Source: an uncultured Sutterella sp.
Lineage (GTDB): Bacteria; Pseudomonadota; Gammaproteobacteria; Burkholderiales; Burkholderiaceae_F
Reading direction: 5' to 3'
DNA: 64,000 bases
Assembly (NCBI GenBank): GCA_905213905.1
Contig: CAJMKD010000007.1
Location: forward strand, 4,388 to 68,387
Both the position numbers and the translations under genes were made by a program. Below the pieces are notes generated by a model. It did not search any database, was not told the origin of the DNA, and saw only the letters and a list, made by a program, of their open reading frames with translations. Below are positions 49,817-59,235 of the stretch, piece after piece; the stretch's first letter is position 1; every line of letters begins with the position of its first letter.

Positions 49817-50001
49817 GCAACTGGGCTTCCTTTTCCGACTTTATTCACATGAACGGGCACGGCTACTACGTGTGGTGCGCCTATGCCGCCTTTCTGATCG
49901 GCGTGCTTTGGGAGCTCTACTCGCTTGTGACCCGCCGCCGTCAGATCTGCGCGCGCATCCTGCGCGAAGCGCGCGCGGCTCAGTCCACTCTGGAGAAGTA
50001 A
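49813..50001 (+). CDS. ccmD: Heme exporter protein CcmD
   Basis: 62 aa single-TM peptide starting at GTG 49813, overlapping the ccmC stop (GTGA). Confidence 0.65.
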   Translation: MSNWASFSDFIHMNGHGYYVWCAYAAFLIGVLWELYSLVTRRRQICARILREARAAQSTLEK

Positions 50002-50002
50002 C

Positions 50003-50521
50003 ATGAACGCGAAAACCAAGAAACTCGCGCTGATCGGCTGTGCCGTCTGCGTGGTGGGCGCGGGGGTCGCGCTCGCGCTGCAGGCCTTCAGCGAAAACCT
50101 CGTCTTCTTCTTTTCGCCGACGCAGGTCGCGGCGAAGGAAGCGCCTGTCGGGCGTACGTTCCGCTTGGGCGGCGTCGTCGAGGTGGGCTCCGTCGAGCAT
50201 GAAAAGGACGGCGTGACGGTGCGCTTCCGCATCACGGACACGGCGCAGACCGTCCCGGTGCAGTACGAAGGGATCCTCCCTGATCTCTTCAGCGAAGGCC
50301 AGGGCGTCGTTGCGCAGGGCAAGCTCGATGACAAGGGCGTCTTCAACGCCTCGGAAGTTTTGGCCAAGCACGACGAAAACTACATGCCGCCCGAAGCCGC
50401 GAAGGCCCTTGAAGACGCGCACAAGGCCGGCGTCGCGAAGGCGCATGCCGGAGAGGCTGCCGGCGGCCAGCCCGAATGTCCCGTTCTGCCCGCCGACGCT
50501 CAGAAGAGCGCCAAGCAGTAA
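50003..50521 (+). CDS. ccmE: Cytochrome c-type biogenesis heme chaperone CcmE
   Basis: 172 aa; N-terminal TM anchor then OB-fold heme-binding domain. Confidence 0.85.
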   Translation: MNAKTKKLALIGCAVCVVGAGVALALQAFSENLVFFFSPTQVAAKEAPVGRTFRLGGVVEVGSVEHEKDGVTVRFRITDTAQTVPVQYEGILPDLFSEGQGVVAQGKLDDKGVFNASEVLAKHDENYMPPEAAKALEDAHKAGVAKAHAGEAAGGQPECPVLPADAQKSAKQ

Positions 50522-50720
50522 GACGCAGTTTTTTTCAACTGGGCGCGGCCGTGTGGCGGCCGCGTCCTTCCACCGACGCGGATAAGCCCGCAGACAAGCC
50601 CCTTGAGAATGCATTCTTGGTTCTCTCGGGGCTTGAGGCGTCCGAGGGCGGCGGAGAACTCTCTCGTTGAAGCGGCGAATCCGGCCGCCTCCTTGAATCG
50701 CAACAATCGGAGATACACAA

Positions 50721-52688
50721 GTGATTCCTGAGATCGGACACTTCGCACTGATACTGTGCCTGTGCCTGAGCATCGTGCAGGGCGTGCTGCCGCTCATCGG
50801 CGCCGCGCGGGGCAACCGCGCGCTGATGGCGGTCGCCCGGCCTGCAGCAGCTGCCGGCGCGCTTTTCGGCACCATTGCGTTCTGCTGCCTCGCGTACTCG
50901 TTCTACGTGTCGGACTTCTCGGTCCTCAACGTCGCCAACAACTCCAATTCGCTTCTGCCCTGGTACTACAAGGTGGCCGCGACCTGGGGCTCGCACGAAG
51001 GCTCGATCCTCTTCTGGACCGTGACCCTCGGCTGGTGGGGCGCCGCCGTCGCCTTTTCCGCGAGAAAGCTTCCCGCGGACATGGTCGCGCGCGTCACGGG
51101 CGTGATGGGGCTCGTCGGCATGGGGTTCCTGCTCTTCATGCTCTTTACGTCGAATCCCTTCCTGCGCCTTTTCCCGACGCCTGCGGAAGGCGCGGACCTC
51201 AATCCGCTTCTGCAGGACCCGGGGATGGTCTTCCATCCGCCGCTCCTCTACCTCGGCTACGTCGGCTTCTCCGTGCCCTTCGCCTTCGCGATCGCAGCGC
51301 TTCTTTCGGGCCGTCTTGACGCGGCCTGGGCCCGCTGGATGCGTCCGTGGACGACCGCTGCATGGATCCTGCTCACGCTCGGCATCGCGCTCGGCTCCTA
51401 CTGGGCCTACTACGAGCTCGGCTGGGGCGGCTGGTGGTTCTGGGATCCGGTTGAAAACTCGTCCTTCATGCCCTGGCTTACCGGCACGGCGCTCATTCAT
51501 TCGCTCGCCGTGACGGAAAAGCGCGGCTGCTTCCGCATCTGGACGGTGCTCCTCGCGATCATCACCTTCTCGCTCTCGCTTCTGGGCACCTTCCTCGTCC
51601 GCTCGGGCGTTCTCACGTCGGTGCATGCCTTTGCGACCGATCCGGAGCGCGGCCTCTTCATCCTCGCCTTCCTCATCCTCGTCATCGGCATTTCGTTCCT
51701 GCTCTTTGCCTGGCGCGCCCCGACGGTCGGCATCGGCGGCAACTTCTCGATGATTTCGCGCGAAGCGATGCTCCTCGTCAACAACGTGCTGCTCGTTGTT
51801 GCCATGGGCGCGGTGCTCCTCGGCACGCTCTATCCGCTCTTTCTCGATGCGCTCAACGCCGGAAAGATCTCCGTCGGGCCCCCTTACTTTGACGCCGTCT
51901 TCGGCCCGCTGATGCTGCCGATGGTGTTCCTCATGGGCGTCGGTCCGCTCGCACGCTGGAAGGAAGCCGATCCGAAGGTGCTCGCCAAGCGCCTTGCCTG
52001 GGCCTTCATTGCTGCAATCATTGTGGGCGCTGCCATTCCGCTTCTCATGGGCGCCTGGAGCACCTGGGTCTTCGTTGGCTGCTCGCTTGCTGCGTTCGTG
52101 GTCTTCGGCGCCATTGAAGACATCCGCGGCTCGATCCGCAACGCGCCCGCCGGCATGGGCTTCTTCGCCAAGCTCGCCCGTCAGCCGGCTTCCTACTGGG
52201 GCATGCACATCGCGCACTTCGGCGTTGCTGTCTTCATCATCGGCGTCGCTCTCGTGAAGGGCTACCAGACCGAGCGCGACGTGCGCATGTTCGAAGGCGA
52301 TACGGTGACGATTGCGAACTACGTCTTCACCTTCAACGGCGTTGAGCAGACGCGCGGCCACAACTATTCGGCCGACCGCGGCGACTTCACGCTCGCGACG
52401 AAGGACGGCAAGGAGCTGCAGCACCTCTATCCGGAAAAGCGCAAGTACTTCAGCTCGAACTCCATGCCGATGACCGAAGCTGCGATTCGCCACTCGATCA
52501 CGGGCGACGTCTACGTGAGCCTCGGCGTGCCGAGCTCCGACGGCGGCTGGGTTGTTCGCGCCTACTCGAAGCCCTATGTGACCTGGATTTGGTTCGGCTG
52601 CATCTTCATGGCCGTGGGCGGCTTGGTGGCCGCAACGGACCGCCGCTACCGCAAGAGCAACCGCCGCGCAGCCAAGGCGGCCGCCTGA
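50721..52688 (+). CDS. ccmF: Cytochrome c-type biogenesis heme lyase subunit CcmF
   Basis: 655 aa; GTG start with RBS GGAG; polytopic protein with WWD domain (WWFWDPVENSS). Confidence 0.9.
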   Translation: MIPEIGHFALILCLCLSIVQGVLPLIGAARGNRALMAVARPAAAAGALFGTIAFCCLAYSFYVSDFSVLNVANNSNSLLPWYYKVAATWGSHEGSILFWTVTLGWWGAAVAFSARKLPADMVARVTGVMGLVGMGFLLFMLFTSNPFLRLFPTPAEGADLNPLLQDPGMVFHPPLLYLGYVGFSVPFAFAIAALLSGRLDAAWARWMRPWTTAAWILLTLGIALGSYWAYYELGWGGWWFWDPVENSSFMPWLTGTALIHSLAVTEKRGCFRIWTVLLAIITFSLSLLGTFLVRSGVLTSVHAFATDPERGLFILAFLILVIGISFLLFAWRAPTVGIGGNFSMISREAMLLVNNVLLVVAMGAVLLGTLYPLFLDALNAGKISVGPPYFDAVFGPLMLPMVFLMGVGPLARWKEADPKVLAKRLAWAFIAAIIVGAAIPLLMGAWSTWVFVGCSLAAFVVFGAIEDIRGSIRNAPAGMGFFAKLARQPASYWGMHIAHFGVAVFIIGVALVKGYQTERDVRMFEGDTVTIANYVFTFNGVEQTRGHNYSADRGDFTLATKDGKELQHLYPEKRKYFSSNSMPMTEAAIRHSITGDVYVSLGVPSSDGGWVVRAYSKPYVTWIWFGCIFMAVGGLVAATDRRYRKSNRRAAKAAA

Positions 52689-52708
52689 GCTACTGGGAGA
52701 ATTGACAA

Positions 52709-53245
52709 ATGATGAAAGCTAAGTTTCTCATTCCGTTTGCGATTTTCGTCGTGCTGGCCGGGTTCCTCTTCAAGGGGCTCTACCTCGATCCGCGCACGCT
52801 GCCCTCGGTTCTGATCAACAAGCCGCTGCCGGCCTTTGAAATGTCGACGGTCTTCGATCCGAACGTGAAGTTCAAGAGCGAAGACATGAAGGGCAAGGTC
52901 TGGATGCTCAATGTCTGGTCGAGCTGGTGCGTGCCCTGCAAGCAGGAGCATCCCTACCTTGTCAGCCTCAAGCGCGGCGGCCTCAAGACCCCGATCGTCG
53001 GGTTCCTTTACAAGGACCAGCTCAGCGCCGGCCGTCAGGTGCTCGAAGAGAGCGGCAATCCCTACGACCAGGTGATCTTTGAGGAAAAGAACAAGGTCGG
53101 CATCGATCTCGGCGTTACGGGTGTTCCTGAAACCTTCATCATCGACAAGAAGGGCGTCATCCGCGGCAAGGTGAGCTATCCGATCCTTGACGATCTCTGG
53201 AACGACCAGGTGAAGCCCCTTCTCACGCAGCTGGAGGCCGAATAA
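52709..53245 (+). CDS. ccmG: Thiol:disulfide interchange protein DsbE/CcmG
   Basis: 178 aa; thioredoxin fold with WCVPC active site and GVxGxPETF motif. Confidence 0.88.
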   Translation: MMKAKFLIPFAIFVVLAGFLFKGLYLDPRTLPSVLINKPLPAFEMSTVFDPNVKFKSEDMKGKVWMLNVWSSWCVPCKQEHPYLVSLKRGGLKTPIVGFLYKDQLSAGRQVLEESGNPYDQVIFEEKNKVGIDLGVTGVPETFIIDKKGVIRGKVSYPILDDLWNDQVKPLLTQLEAE

Positions 53246-53736
53246 TGACCGCTTCTCGCATCAGCATGATCCTTGCGGGCGCCGCAGCGGCGCTCTCCAT
53301 CGCGCTTTCTCCCGCCGCGCTCGCCAAAGAGGCTGCGCCGACGGCTTTCGACCCCGTGGCGCACAAGCGCGTCGTCGAGGTTTCCGAGCAGCTTCGCTGC
53401 CTCGTCTGCCAGAACCAGTCGATTGCCGACTCGAACGCGGAGCTTGCCGTCGACCTGCGCAATCAGGTGATCGAGCAGGTGAAGGCCGGCAAGTCGAACG
53501 AAGAAATCGTCAACTACATGGTTGACCGCTACGGCGACTTCGTGCTCTACAACCCGCCCTTCAAGCTTTCGACCGCGATTCTCTGGCTCGGGCCGCTCGG
53601 CCTCTTCGTGGTCGGCCTTGGCGCTTTCTACATCAATCTGCGCCGCAGAAAGCGCATGGTGGCCGCAGCCGCCAAGCCGCTTTCCGCGCAGGACAAGGCG
53701 CTCGCCGACGAGCTCTTGAGCGGACGCAAGGAGTAA
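53245..53736 (+). CDS. ccmH: Cytochrome c-type biogenesis protein CcmH
   Basis: 163 aa; signal peptide, LRCLVCQNQS (CxxC) motif, C-terminal TM. Confidence 0.85.
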   Translation: MTASRISMILAGAAAALSIALSPAALAKEAAPTAFDPVAHKRVVEVSEQLRCLVCQNQSIADSNAELAVDLRNQVIEQVKAGKSNEEIVNYMVDRYGDFVLYNPPFKLSTAILWLGPLGLFVVGLGAFYINLRRRKRMVAAAAKPLSAQDKALADELLSGRKE

Positions 53737-53739
53737 ATC

Positions 53740-55080
53740 GTGACGACATTCATCATCATCTGCGTCGTCATGACGCTCATTGCGGTGCTCGCCGTGGTGC
53801 TGCCGCTCTGGTTCGGCGGCCGCGTCAATCCCGATGCCGACCGCCGTTCGCAGGTGCTTGCCATTTTGCGTCAGCAGGCTGCGGATCTCGAGGCAGAGCG
53901 GGCTGCCGGCCGCATTGATGAGGACGAGTTCGAAGAAAGCCGCATGGAGCTCGAACGGCGCGTTCTCGAAGAGACCCGCCAGGAAGATCAGGCGCGCAGC
54001 GGCAAGAGCACGCTCGTTGCCCGCATTCTCGCCGTGATCTTCCTCATCGTGATCCCGACCGCTTCTTCGCTCGCTTATCTCGCGCTTGGACGCTACACCG
54101 CCATGGATCCGCAGTTCATCGCCATGATGGAAGAGCAGAGCGCGCGCCAGCGCGGCCACTCCGGCATCGAAATGCAGCGGATGCTCGACAAGCTGCGCGC
54201 CGATCTTGAAAAGGATCCGATGAACGCCAACGGCTGGTTCATGCTTGCGCGCACCGCCGCGCAGATGAACCGCTTCGATGAATCCGTCGAAGCCTTCAAG
54301 AAGCTCAATGCGCTCGTGCCGAACAACGCCGACATCATAGCCGACATGGCCGACATGATGGCTGCGGCCAACGGCAAGGTGATTACGCCTGACATTGAGG
54401 CCCTTCTCAAGAAGGCGCTTCGCCTGGATCCGAATCAGTGGAAGGCGCTTGCGCTTCTCGCCATTCAGGCCTGGGACCGCCAGCAGTACGTGAATGCGGC
54501 GCTCTACTGGCAGAAGCTTCTTCAGGTTGTGCCGCCCGACTTCCCCGACCGCGATCAGATCGAATCGAACATCGCTGAAGCCAAGCGCCTCGGCGGCGTG
54601 AACGACTCGATTTCCGCCGTGTCGCCGAAGGCCGCCGATCAAAATGCTGCGGATGCGTCCGCAGCAGCAGAGGACGCGGCCGCAGCAGCGAAGACCGCGC
54701 CCGTGCCGACGGCTTCTCCCGCCGACATGAAGTCGGTGGCGGGCACCGTGATCATTTCCGACGAGCTCCACGCCAAGACGAAGCCCGACGACGTGGTCTT
54801 CATCTATGCGCGTCCTGCCGAAGGCAGCCGCATGCCCGTCGCCTTCATGAAGGTGACCGTGAAGGATCTTCCCTACAACTTCACGCTCGACAGCACCACC
54901 ACGATGGGTATGGGCATGACGCAGACGCTTGAGAACGTGAAGGCCGTCATCGTCGGCGCCCGCATCTCGAAGACCGGCAACTTCATGCCTCAGGCGGGCG
55001 ACCTTGAAGGCGAAATGCCCAATCCGGTTGAAGTGGGCGACCGCGGACTCGTTGTTCAAATTTCAACGGTCCACCAATAG
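53740..55080 (+). CDS. ccmI: Cytochrome c-type biogenesis protein CcmI (TPR-repeat)
   Basis: 446 aa; GTG start; N-terminal TMs then TPR-like repeats; last gene of the ccm operon. Confidence 0.75.
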   Translation: MTTFIIICVVMTLIAVLAVVLPLWFGGRVNPDADRRSQVLAILRQQAADLEAERAAGRIDEDEFEESRMELERRVLEETRQEDQARSGKSTLVARILAVIFLIVIPTASSLAYLALGRYTAMDPQFIAMMEEQSARQRGHSGIEMQRMLDKLRADLEKDPMNANGWFMLARTAAQMNRFDESVEAFKKLNALVPNNADIIADMADMMAAANGKVITPDIEALLKKALRLDPNQWKALALLAIQAWDRQQYVNAALYWQKLLQVVPPDFPDRDQIESNIAEAKRLGGVNDSISAVSPKAADQNAADASAAAEDAAAAAKTAPVPTASPADMKSVAGTVIISDELHAKTKPDDVVFIYARPAEGSRMPVAFMKVTVKDLPYNFTLDSTTTMGMGMTQTLENVKAVIVGARISKTGNFMPQAGDLEGEMPNPVEVGDRGLVVQISTVHQ

Positions 55081-55108
55081 CGGATTTTGCGCTGCTTTTT
55101 TGCGGCAA

Positions 55109-55145
55109 CCCGACCGATCTTCTTCGGAAGCGGTCGGGTTTTTTT
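55109..55145 (+). terminator. Rho-independent terminator of the ccm operon
   Basis: CCCGACCG-atcttcttcggaag-CGGTCGGG followed by T7. Confidence 0.7.
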
Positions 55146-55352
55146 ACGCGCTTTTGACGTCGACAGGCTGAAGCTGCGCCTCTTCAAGCAGGGTCTTCTA
55201 GGTAGTTTCGCCAATGCCGACTGACCGATGAGATATTTTGCGAAATTCCTCGTGCGAAAAAGCTGAACAGCGTGCTAGTTTGAACGAGACGAAGGACGCC
55301 ATCGCGCTTCAAGCGAATGGCCTTCGCAAGAAATACTCTTTTGGAGCAGCAG

Positions 55353-55514
55353 ATGTACAACCACCGCTACGAAGCGACGAACGACAAGGCCCTTCACCAG
55401 GGCATGCTCGCGCGCGTATTTGCTGCGGCTGCTGCCACCATCACTGCGTCTTCTTCCTCCTCTACATCCGTGCAGGCGACATCCTCTCGTCTGCACGCTA
55501 AGTTGCGATCATGA
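55353..55514 (+). CDS. Small ORF (53 aa) with Ala/Thr/Ser-rich tract; candidate leader peptide or small protein
   Basis: ATG 55353 preceded by GGAG at -8; MYNHRYEATNDKALHQGMLARVFAAAAATITASSSSSTSVQATSSRLHAKLRS; lies between two strong intrinsic terminators, upstream of the DUF3100/M20 cassette. Confidence 0.3.
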   Translation: MYNHRYEATNDKALHQGMLARVFAAAAATITASSSSSTSVQATSSRLHAKLRS

Positions 55515-55615
55515 AGACGCTCCACAGGCTGTCGGATGCTTGAATAGCAATAGGTCCCGCGAGGGACGGCGCCTCAAGCAGGAAGCGAACGGCAGCATCA
55601 GAAAGAACATCGAAC

Positions 55616-55649
55616 GGGAGAGCCTTCATGGTTCTCCCGTTTTTTTTTT
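55616..55649 (+). terminator. Strong intrinsic terminator / possible attenuator in the 5' leader of the DUF3100-M20 cassette
   Basis: GGGAGAgcc-ttcat-ggTCTCCC followed by T10, about 240 nt upstream of the DUF3100 start codon and about 100 nt after the small ORF stop. Confidence 0.6.
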
Positions 55650-55887
55650 CAACTTCAACAACCAAAAGCCTTTCCGCAGAATGCGCCTTCGCCTTGAGGC
55701 GGATTTCCGGGAAAGGAAAACGCAGAGAAGACTTCCGGTCCATGAAGAGATTTCGAAGCTTCGACGCACAAAGAGGAAAGAAGGCGCCGCACGAATGCCG
55801 CCCCTCGGACATTCGGAGCGTTGCCTTCACGAGGCGAGCGCCGGACCTCAAGTCCGGAGAAACAAAGACCAAACAGAAGGACAAGTC

Positions 55888-56718
55888 ATGGACCTCATCA
55901 AAAACTGGAAGATTCACGTGCTGGCGCTCATCATCGTCGCCATTGCGGAATTCATCGGCGTGCAGAAGTTCGGCCTCATCGTGCTGCTGCCGCTGCTCTA
56001 TTCGCTCGTGATCGGCGCAATTCTCAGCTTCCCGCGCTGGAATTTCATCAAGCCCGCCCAGATGGAGCGCGCCGGCCAGATGCTTTCGATCGGCATGCTG
56101 CTTCTCTTGACGAAGATCGGCCTCGACATCGGCCCCAACATCTCGATGATCTTCAATTCGGGACTGGCGCTCATCATGCAGGAATTCGGCCACTTCTTCG
56201 GCACGCTCGTCTTCGGCCTGCCGGTGGCGCTCCTCGTCAAGATGAAGCGTGAAGCGATTGGCGCCTGCTACTCGATCGACCGCGAAGCGAACGTGGCGAT
56301 CATTGCCGAGCGCTTCGGCCTTGACTCGCCCGAAGGACGCGGCGTCATGGGCATGTACGTCTGCGGCACGGTCTTCGGCGCGCTCTGGGTGTCGATTCTC
56401 GCGGGCATCATCGCACAGCTCAACATCTTCCATCCGCATTCGCTCGCCATGGGCGCAGGCATCGGCAGCGCCTCGATGATGGCCGCCGCCACGGGCTCGA
56501 TCATCGCAGCGCATCCGGAAGCGGCTGAAACGGTCCGCGCCTACGCCGCTGCGGCGAACCTCCTCACTTCGGTGCTCGGCGTCTACTTCGCGCTCTTTGT
56601 TTCGCTGCCGATCACGATCAAGGTTTATGAGTTCTTCACGAACGACAAGGGCGAAGCGCGCAAGCGCGACCCCCTCGCCGAAGAAGAGGCGCCTGCTGCC
56701 AACGCTCAGAAAGCCTGA
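55888..56718 (+). CDS. DUF3100-type polytopic membrane protein (putative transporter component)
   Basis: Start at MDLIKNWKIH (ATG 55888); 276 aa, about 8 TM helices; length and composition match the uncharacterised DUF3100 family that commonly neighbours amidohydrolases. The family assignment is from memory, not a search. Confidence 0.55.
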   Translation: MDLIKNWKIHVLALIIVAIAEFIGVQKFGLIVLLPLLYSLVIGAILSFPRWNFIKPAQMERAGQMLSIGMLLLLTKIGLDIGPNISMIFNSGLALIMQEFGHFFGTLVFGLPVALLVKMKREAIGACYSIDREANVAIIAERFGLDSPEGRGVMGMYVCGTVFGALWVSILAGIIAQLNIFHPHSLAMGAGIGSASMMAAATGSIIAAHPEAAETVRAYAAAANLLTSVLGVYFALFVSLPITIKVYEFFTNDKGEARKRDPLAEEEAPAANAQKA

Positions 56719-56776
56719 GCGGCCAAGCTGAAAAAGAACGCATTGAACGACTATTGAACGCGAAGGAACAAACATC

Positions 56777-57241
56777 ATGGCTCGCATTCTCAACAAGATG
56801 TACGACGTGCTCTTCATCCTGCTCGTCACGGGCTTTCTCGTCTGGATCGCCAACATTGAAGCTGGGTCGACCGCTTTTTCGAAGAGCGCAATCGGCATCA
56901 TTCTGATGGTCGTCATCACGGCCGTGGGCGTCCTCATTTCGATGCTGCCGGGCTTCAAGCGCCTGCCGATGGTCTTCTGGGTGTCGACCTGCGCCGTCAT
57001 CGTGTCGCTGCCGGCTTTCCCGCTTTCGGCAGATATTCTGAGCTACACGAAGGAAGTGGGCTTCCTGCCGATCACGACCCCGATTCTTGCTTATGCAGGC
57101 CTCTCGCTCGGCAAGGACATGGAAGGCTTCAAGCATCTCTCGTGGCGCATCGTCCCCGTGGCGCTCGCCGTGGCGGCTGGCAGCTTCATCTGCGCAACGG
57201 CGCTCGCTGAAGTGATGCTCCACCTCGAAGGCATCTTCTGA
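56777..57241 (+). CDS. Small hypothetical membrane protein (154 aa, 4 TM)
   Basis: Between the DUF3100 gene and the M20 amidohydrolase, same strand, short gaps; likely a cassette component. Confidence 0.55.
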   Translation: MARILNKMYDVLFILLVTGFLVWIANIEAGSTAFSKSAIGIILMVVITAVGVLISMLPGFKRLPMVFWVSTCAVIVSLPAFPLSADILSYTKEVGFLPITTPILAYAGLSLGKDMEGFKHLSWRIVPVALAVAAGSFICATALAEVMLHLEGIF

Positions 57242-57323
57242 TAAGGCATAGACTTCAGCTTTATTGACCCTGTTATTGCGGCGCGCTCGCGCCGCTTCCC
57301 AAGAAAAGAAGGACTTGGCTCAA

Positions 57324-58652
57324 ATGCAGAAAATGGACAAGGCGGCGCTTAAGGCCCGCGTGTGCGAAATCATCCGCGAACGCAATGCGGAAATCGTCGA
57401 ACTCGGTCACGCTATCTTTGCTGAACCCGAACTCGGCTTCAAGGAAGTGAAGACTGCCGAAAAGGTGAAGCAGGCCTTCGAGAAGCTCGGCATCGCCTAT
57501 GAAACGGGCTGGGGCATCACGGGCGTCAAGGCCCGCATGAAGGGGAAGGCCTCAAAGCGCACGGTTGCCCTTCTCGGCGAACTCGACGCCATCGTCTGCC
57601 GCACGCATCCCAACTGCGACCCTGTCACGGGCGCCGCACACTGCTGCGGGCACAACGTCCAGATTGCCAACGTCATTGCCGTCGCGCAGGCGCTCAAGGA
57701 AGCGGGCGCGATGGATTACCTCGGAGGCGACGTCGTGCTCTTTGCCGTGCCGGCCGAGGAGTACGTTGAAATCGACTACCGCAGCAAGCTTCGCGACGAG
57801 GGCAAGCTCCGCTTCCTCGGCGGCAAGCAGCAGATCATTGCTGAAGGCGGCTTCGACGACTGCGACATCGCCATGCAGATGCACGTGGCCGTCACCGACA
57901 ATCCCGAGGGCGACATGATGTACGCGGGCTCCTGCAACGGCTTCATCGGCAAGCTCATCGAATACCACGGCCGCGCCGCGCACGCGGCGGGCGCGCCGTC
58001 CGAAGGCATCAACGCGCTCAACGCGGCGATGATGGGCATCATGGGCGTCAATGCCATCCGCGAAACCTTCCGCGAGGAAGACTGCGTGCGCTTCCATCCG
58101 ATCATCAACGCGGGCGGCGACCTCGTGAACGTCATTCCCGACTTCGTGAAGATGGAAAGCTACTGCCGCGCGTCGACCGTGAAGGCGCTCTCGAAGTACA
58201 ACAACGCGATCAACCGCGCGCTCAAGGCGGGCGGCGACGCCATCGGCGCGCGCTGCGAAATCAAGGACCTGCCGGGCTATCTGCCGCTCGCGCCCGACGC
58301 GAAGCTCGCGGAAGTGCTCCGCGAAAACGCTGCCGCGACGATGGGCGAAAAGAACATCTTTTCGGGCATGCATTCGGCGGGCTCCACCGACATGGGCGAC
58401 GTCTCGCAGATCATGCCGACGGTTCACCCGTGGGTGGGCTGCGTCAAGGGGACGCTCCACGGCGCCGACTATGTCGTCGACAACGAAGAGGTTGCTTACG
58501 TGAAGTGCCCGCAGGCGCTCGCCGGCATGATCATCGATCTGCTCTGGGATGATGCTGCAAAAGCGGACGAAATCTGCCGCGAATTCAAGCCTGTCTTCAC
58601 GAAGGAAACGTACTGCCAGTTCCTGGAGGATCTGAGCGCAGGGAAGAATTAA
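57324..58652 (+). CDS. M20-family amidohydrolase / peptidase
   Basis: Start at MQKMDKAAL (ATG 57324); 442 aa; metal-binding HCCGHNVQIA and M20 catalytic/dimerisation architecture. Confidence 0.8.
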   Translation: MQKMDKAALKARVCEIIRERNAEIVELGHAIFAEPELGFKEVKTAEKVKQAFEKLGIAYETGWGITGVKARMKGKASKRTVALLGELDAIVCRTHPNCDPVTGAAHCCGHNVQIANVIAVAQALKEAGAMDYLGGDVVLFAVPAEEYVEIDYRSKLRDEGKLRFLGGKQQIIAEGGFDDCDIAMQMHVAVTDNPEGDMMYAGSCNGFIGKLIEYHGRAAHAAGAPSEGINALNAAMMGIMGVNAIRETFREEDCVRFHPIINAGGDLVNVIPDFVKMESYCRASTVKALSKYNNAINRALKAGGDAIGARCEIKDLPGYLPLAPDAKLAEVLRENAAATMGEKNIFSGMHSAGSTDMGDVSQIMPTVHPWVGCVKGTLHGADYVVDNEEVAYVKCPQALAGMIIDLLWDDAAKADEICREFKPVFTKETYCQFLEDLSAGKN

Positions 58653-58684
58653 CCGCGAAGGCTGAACGTCTTTGCCAAGCTCGA

Positions 58685-58719
58685 GCGGGTTGCGAAAGAG
58701 AAGCGCAGCCCGCTTTTTT
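58685..58719 (+). terminator. Rho-independent terminator after the M20 amidohydrolase
   Basis: GCGGGTTGCG-aaagagaa-GCGCAGCCCGC followed by T6. Confidence 0.55.
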
Positions 58720-59235
58720 CTGCGGTCTCGGGCGGATCGGCAATCTGATTTAAATCAGAGAAACTTTGTTTTTTGAACGTCGGAGCGCATCCCTCCGTGT
58801 TTTCCTCAGCTTTGCAAGCTTGCGAAAGGCTAGGATGAGCGTTTCTCCCGAGCCTGAGCTCCGGTCGTTGTCGGTTCACTGTTCCCGTGTCAGCGGGGAG
58901 GCGCCGTCGGCGGGAGCGCAGCGCACTGCATCGGGATGGCTCCTCGCGAGCCGAAGCTTGAAAGGGCGAATGTCGAGCGCTAGAAGCTCGCTTTCGGACG
59001 CTTCCAAGCGGCGGACGAAGATCGTCCGCCAACCAAAAAATCGATCAAGCTGGGTGGAGGCCGTTATGTGTCCGGCACTCATCCAGACGCCAACCTGAGG
59101 AGGGTCCGGCTGATCGGAAAGTCCCCGCGGAGGCGCCGCATTCAATATGCGCGGCAGACCAAAGCATCGTGAACATAAGAAGAGGGAATCCGATGAGCTG
59201 CACAATCCGCCCAATTAGAAAATTGAGGCCCTCTC

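Noticed and set aside
55238-55501. 87-aa ORF overlapping the small Ser-rich ORF in another frame
   Set aside because: No RBS and Cys/Arg-rich composition; the in-frame 53-aa ORF with a GGAG RBS is the more plausible translated element, if any.
59100-59160. GGAAAGTCC element resembling the RNase P RNA P4 region
   Set aside because: Flanking sequence does not align with other conserved RNase P RNA regions; treated only as part of a structured non-coding region.
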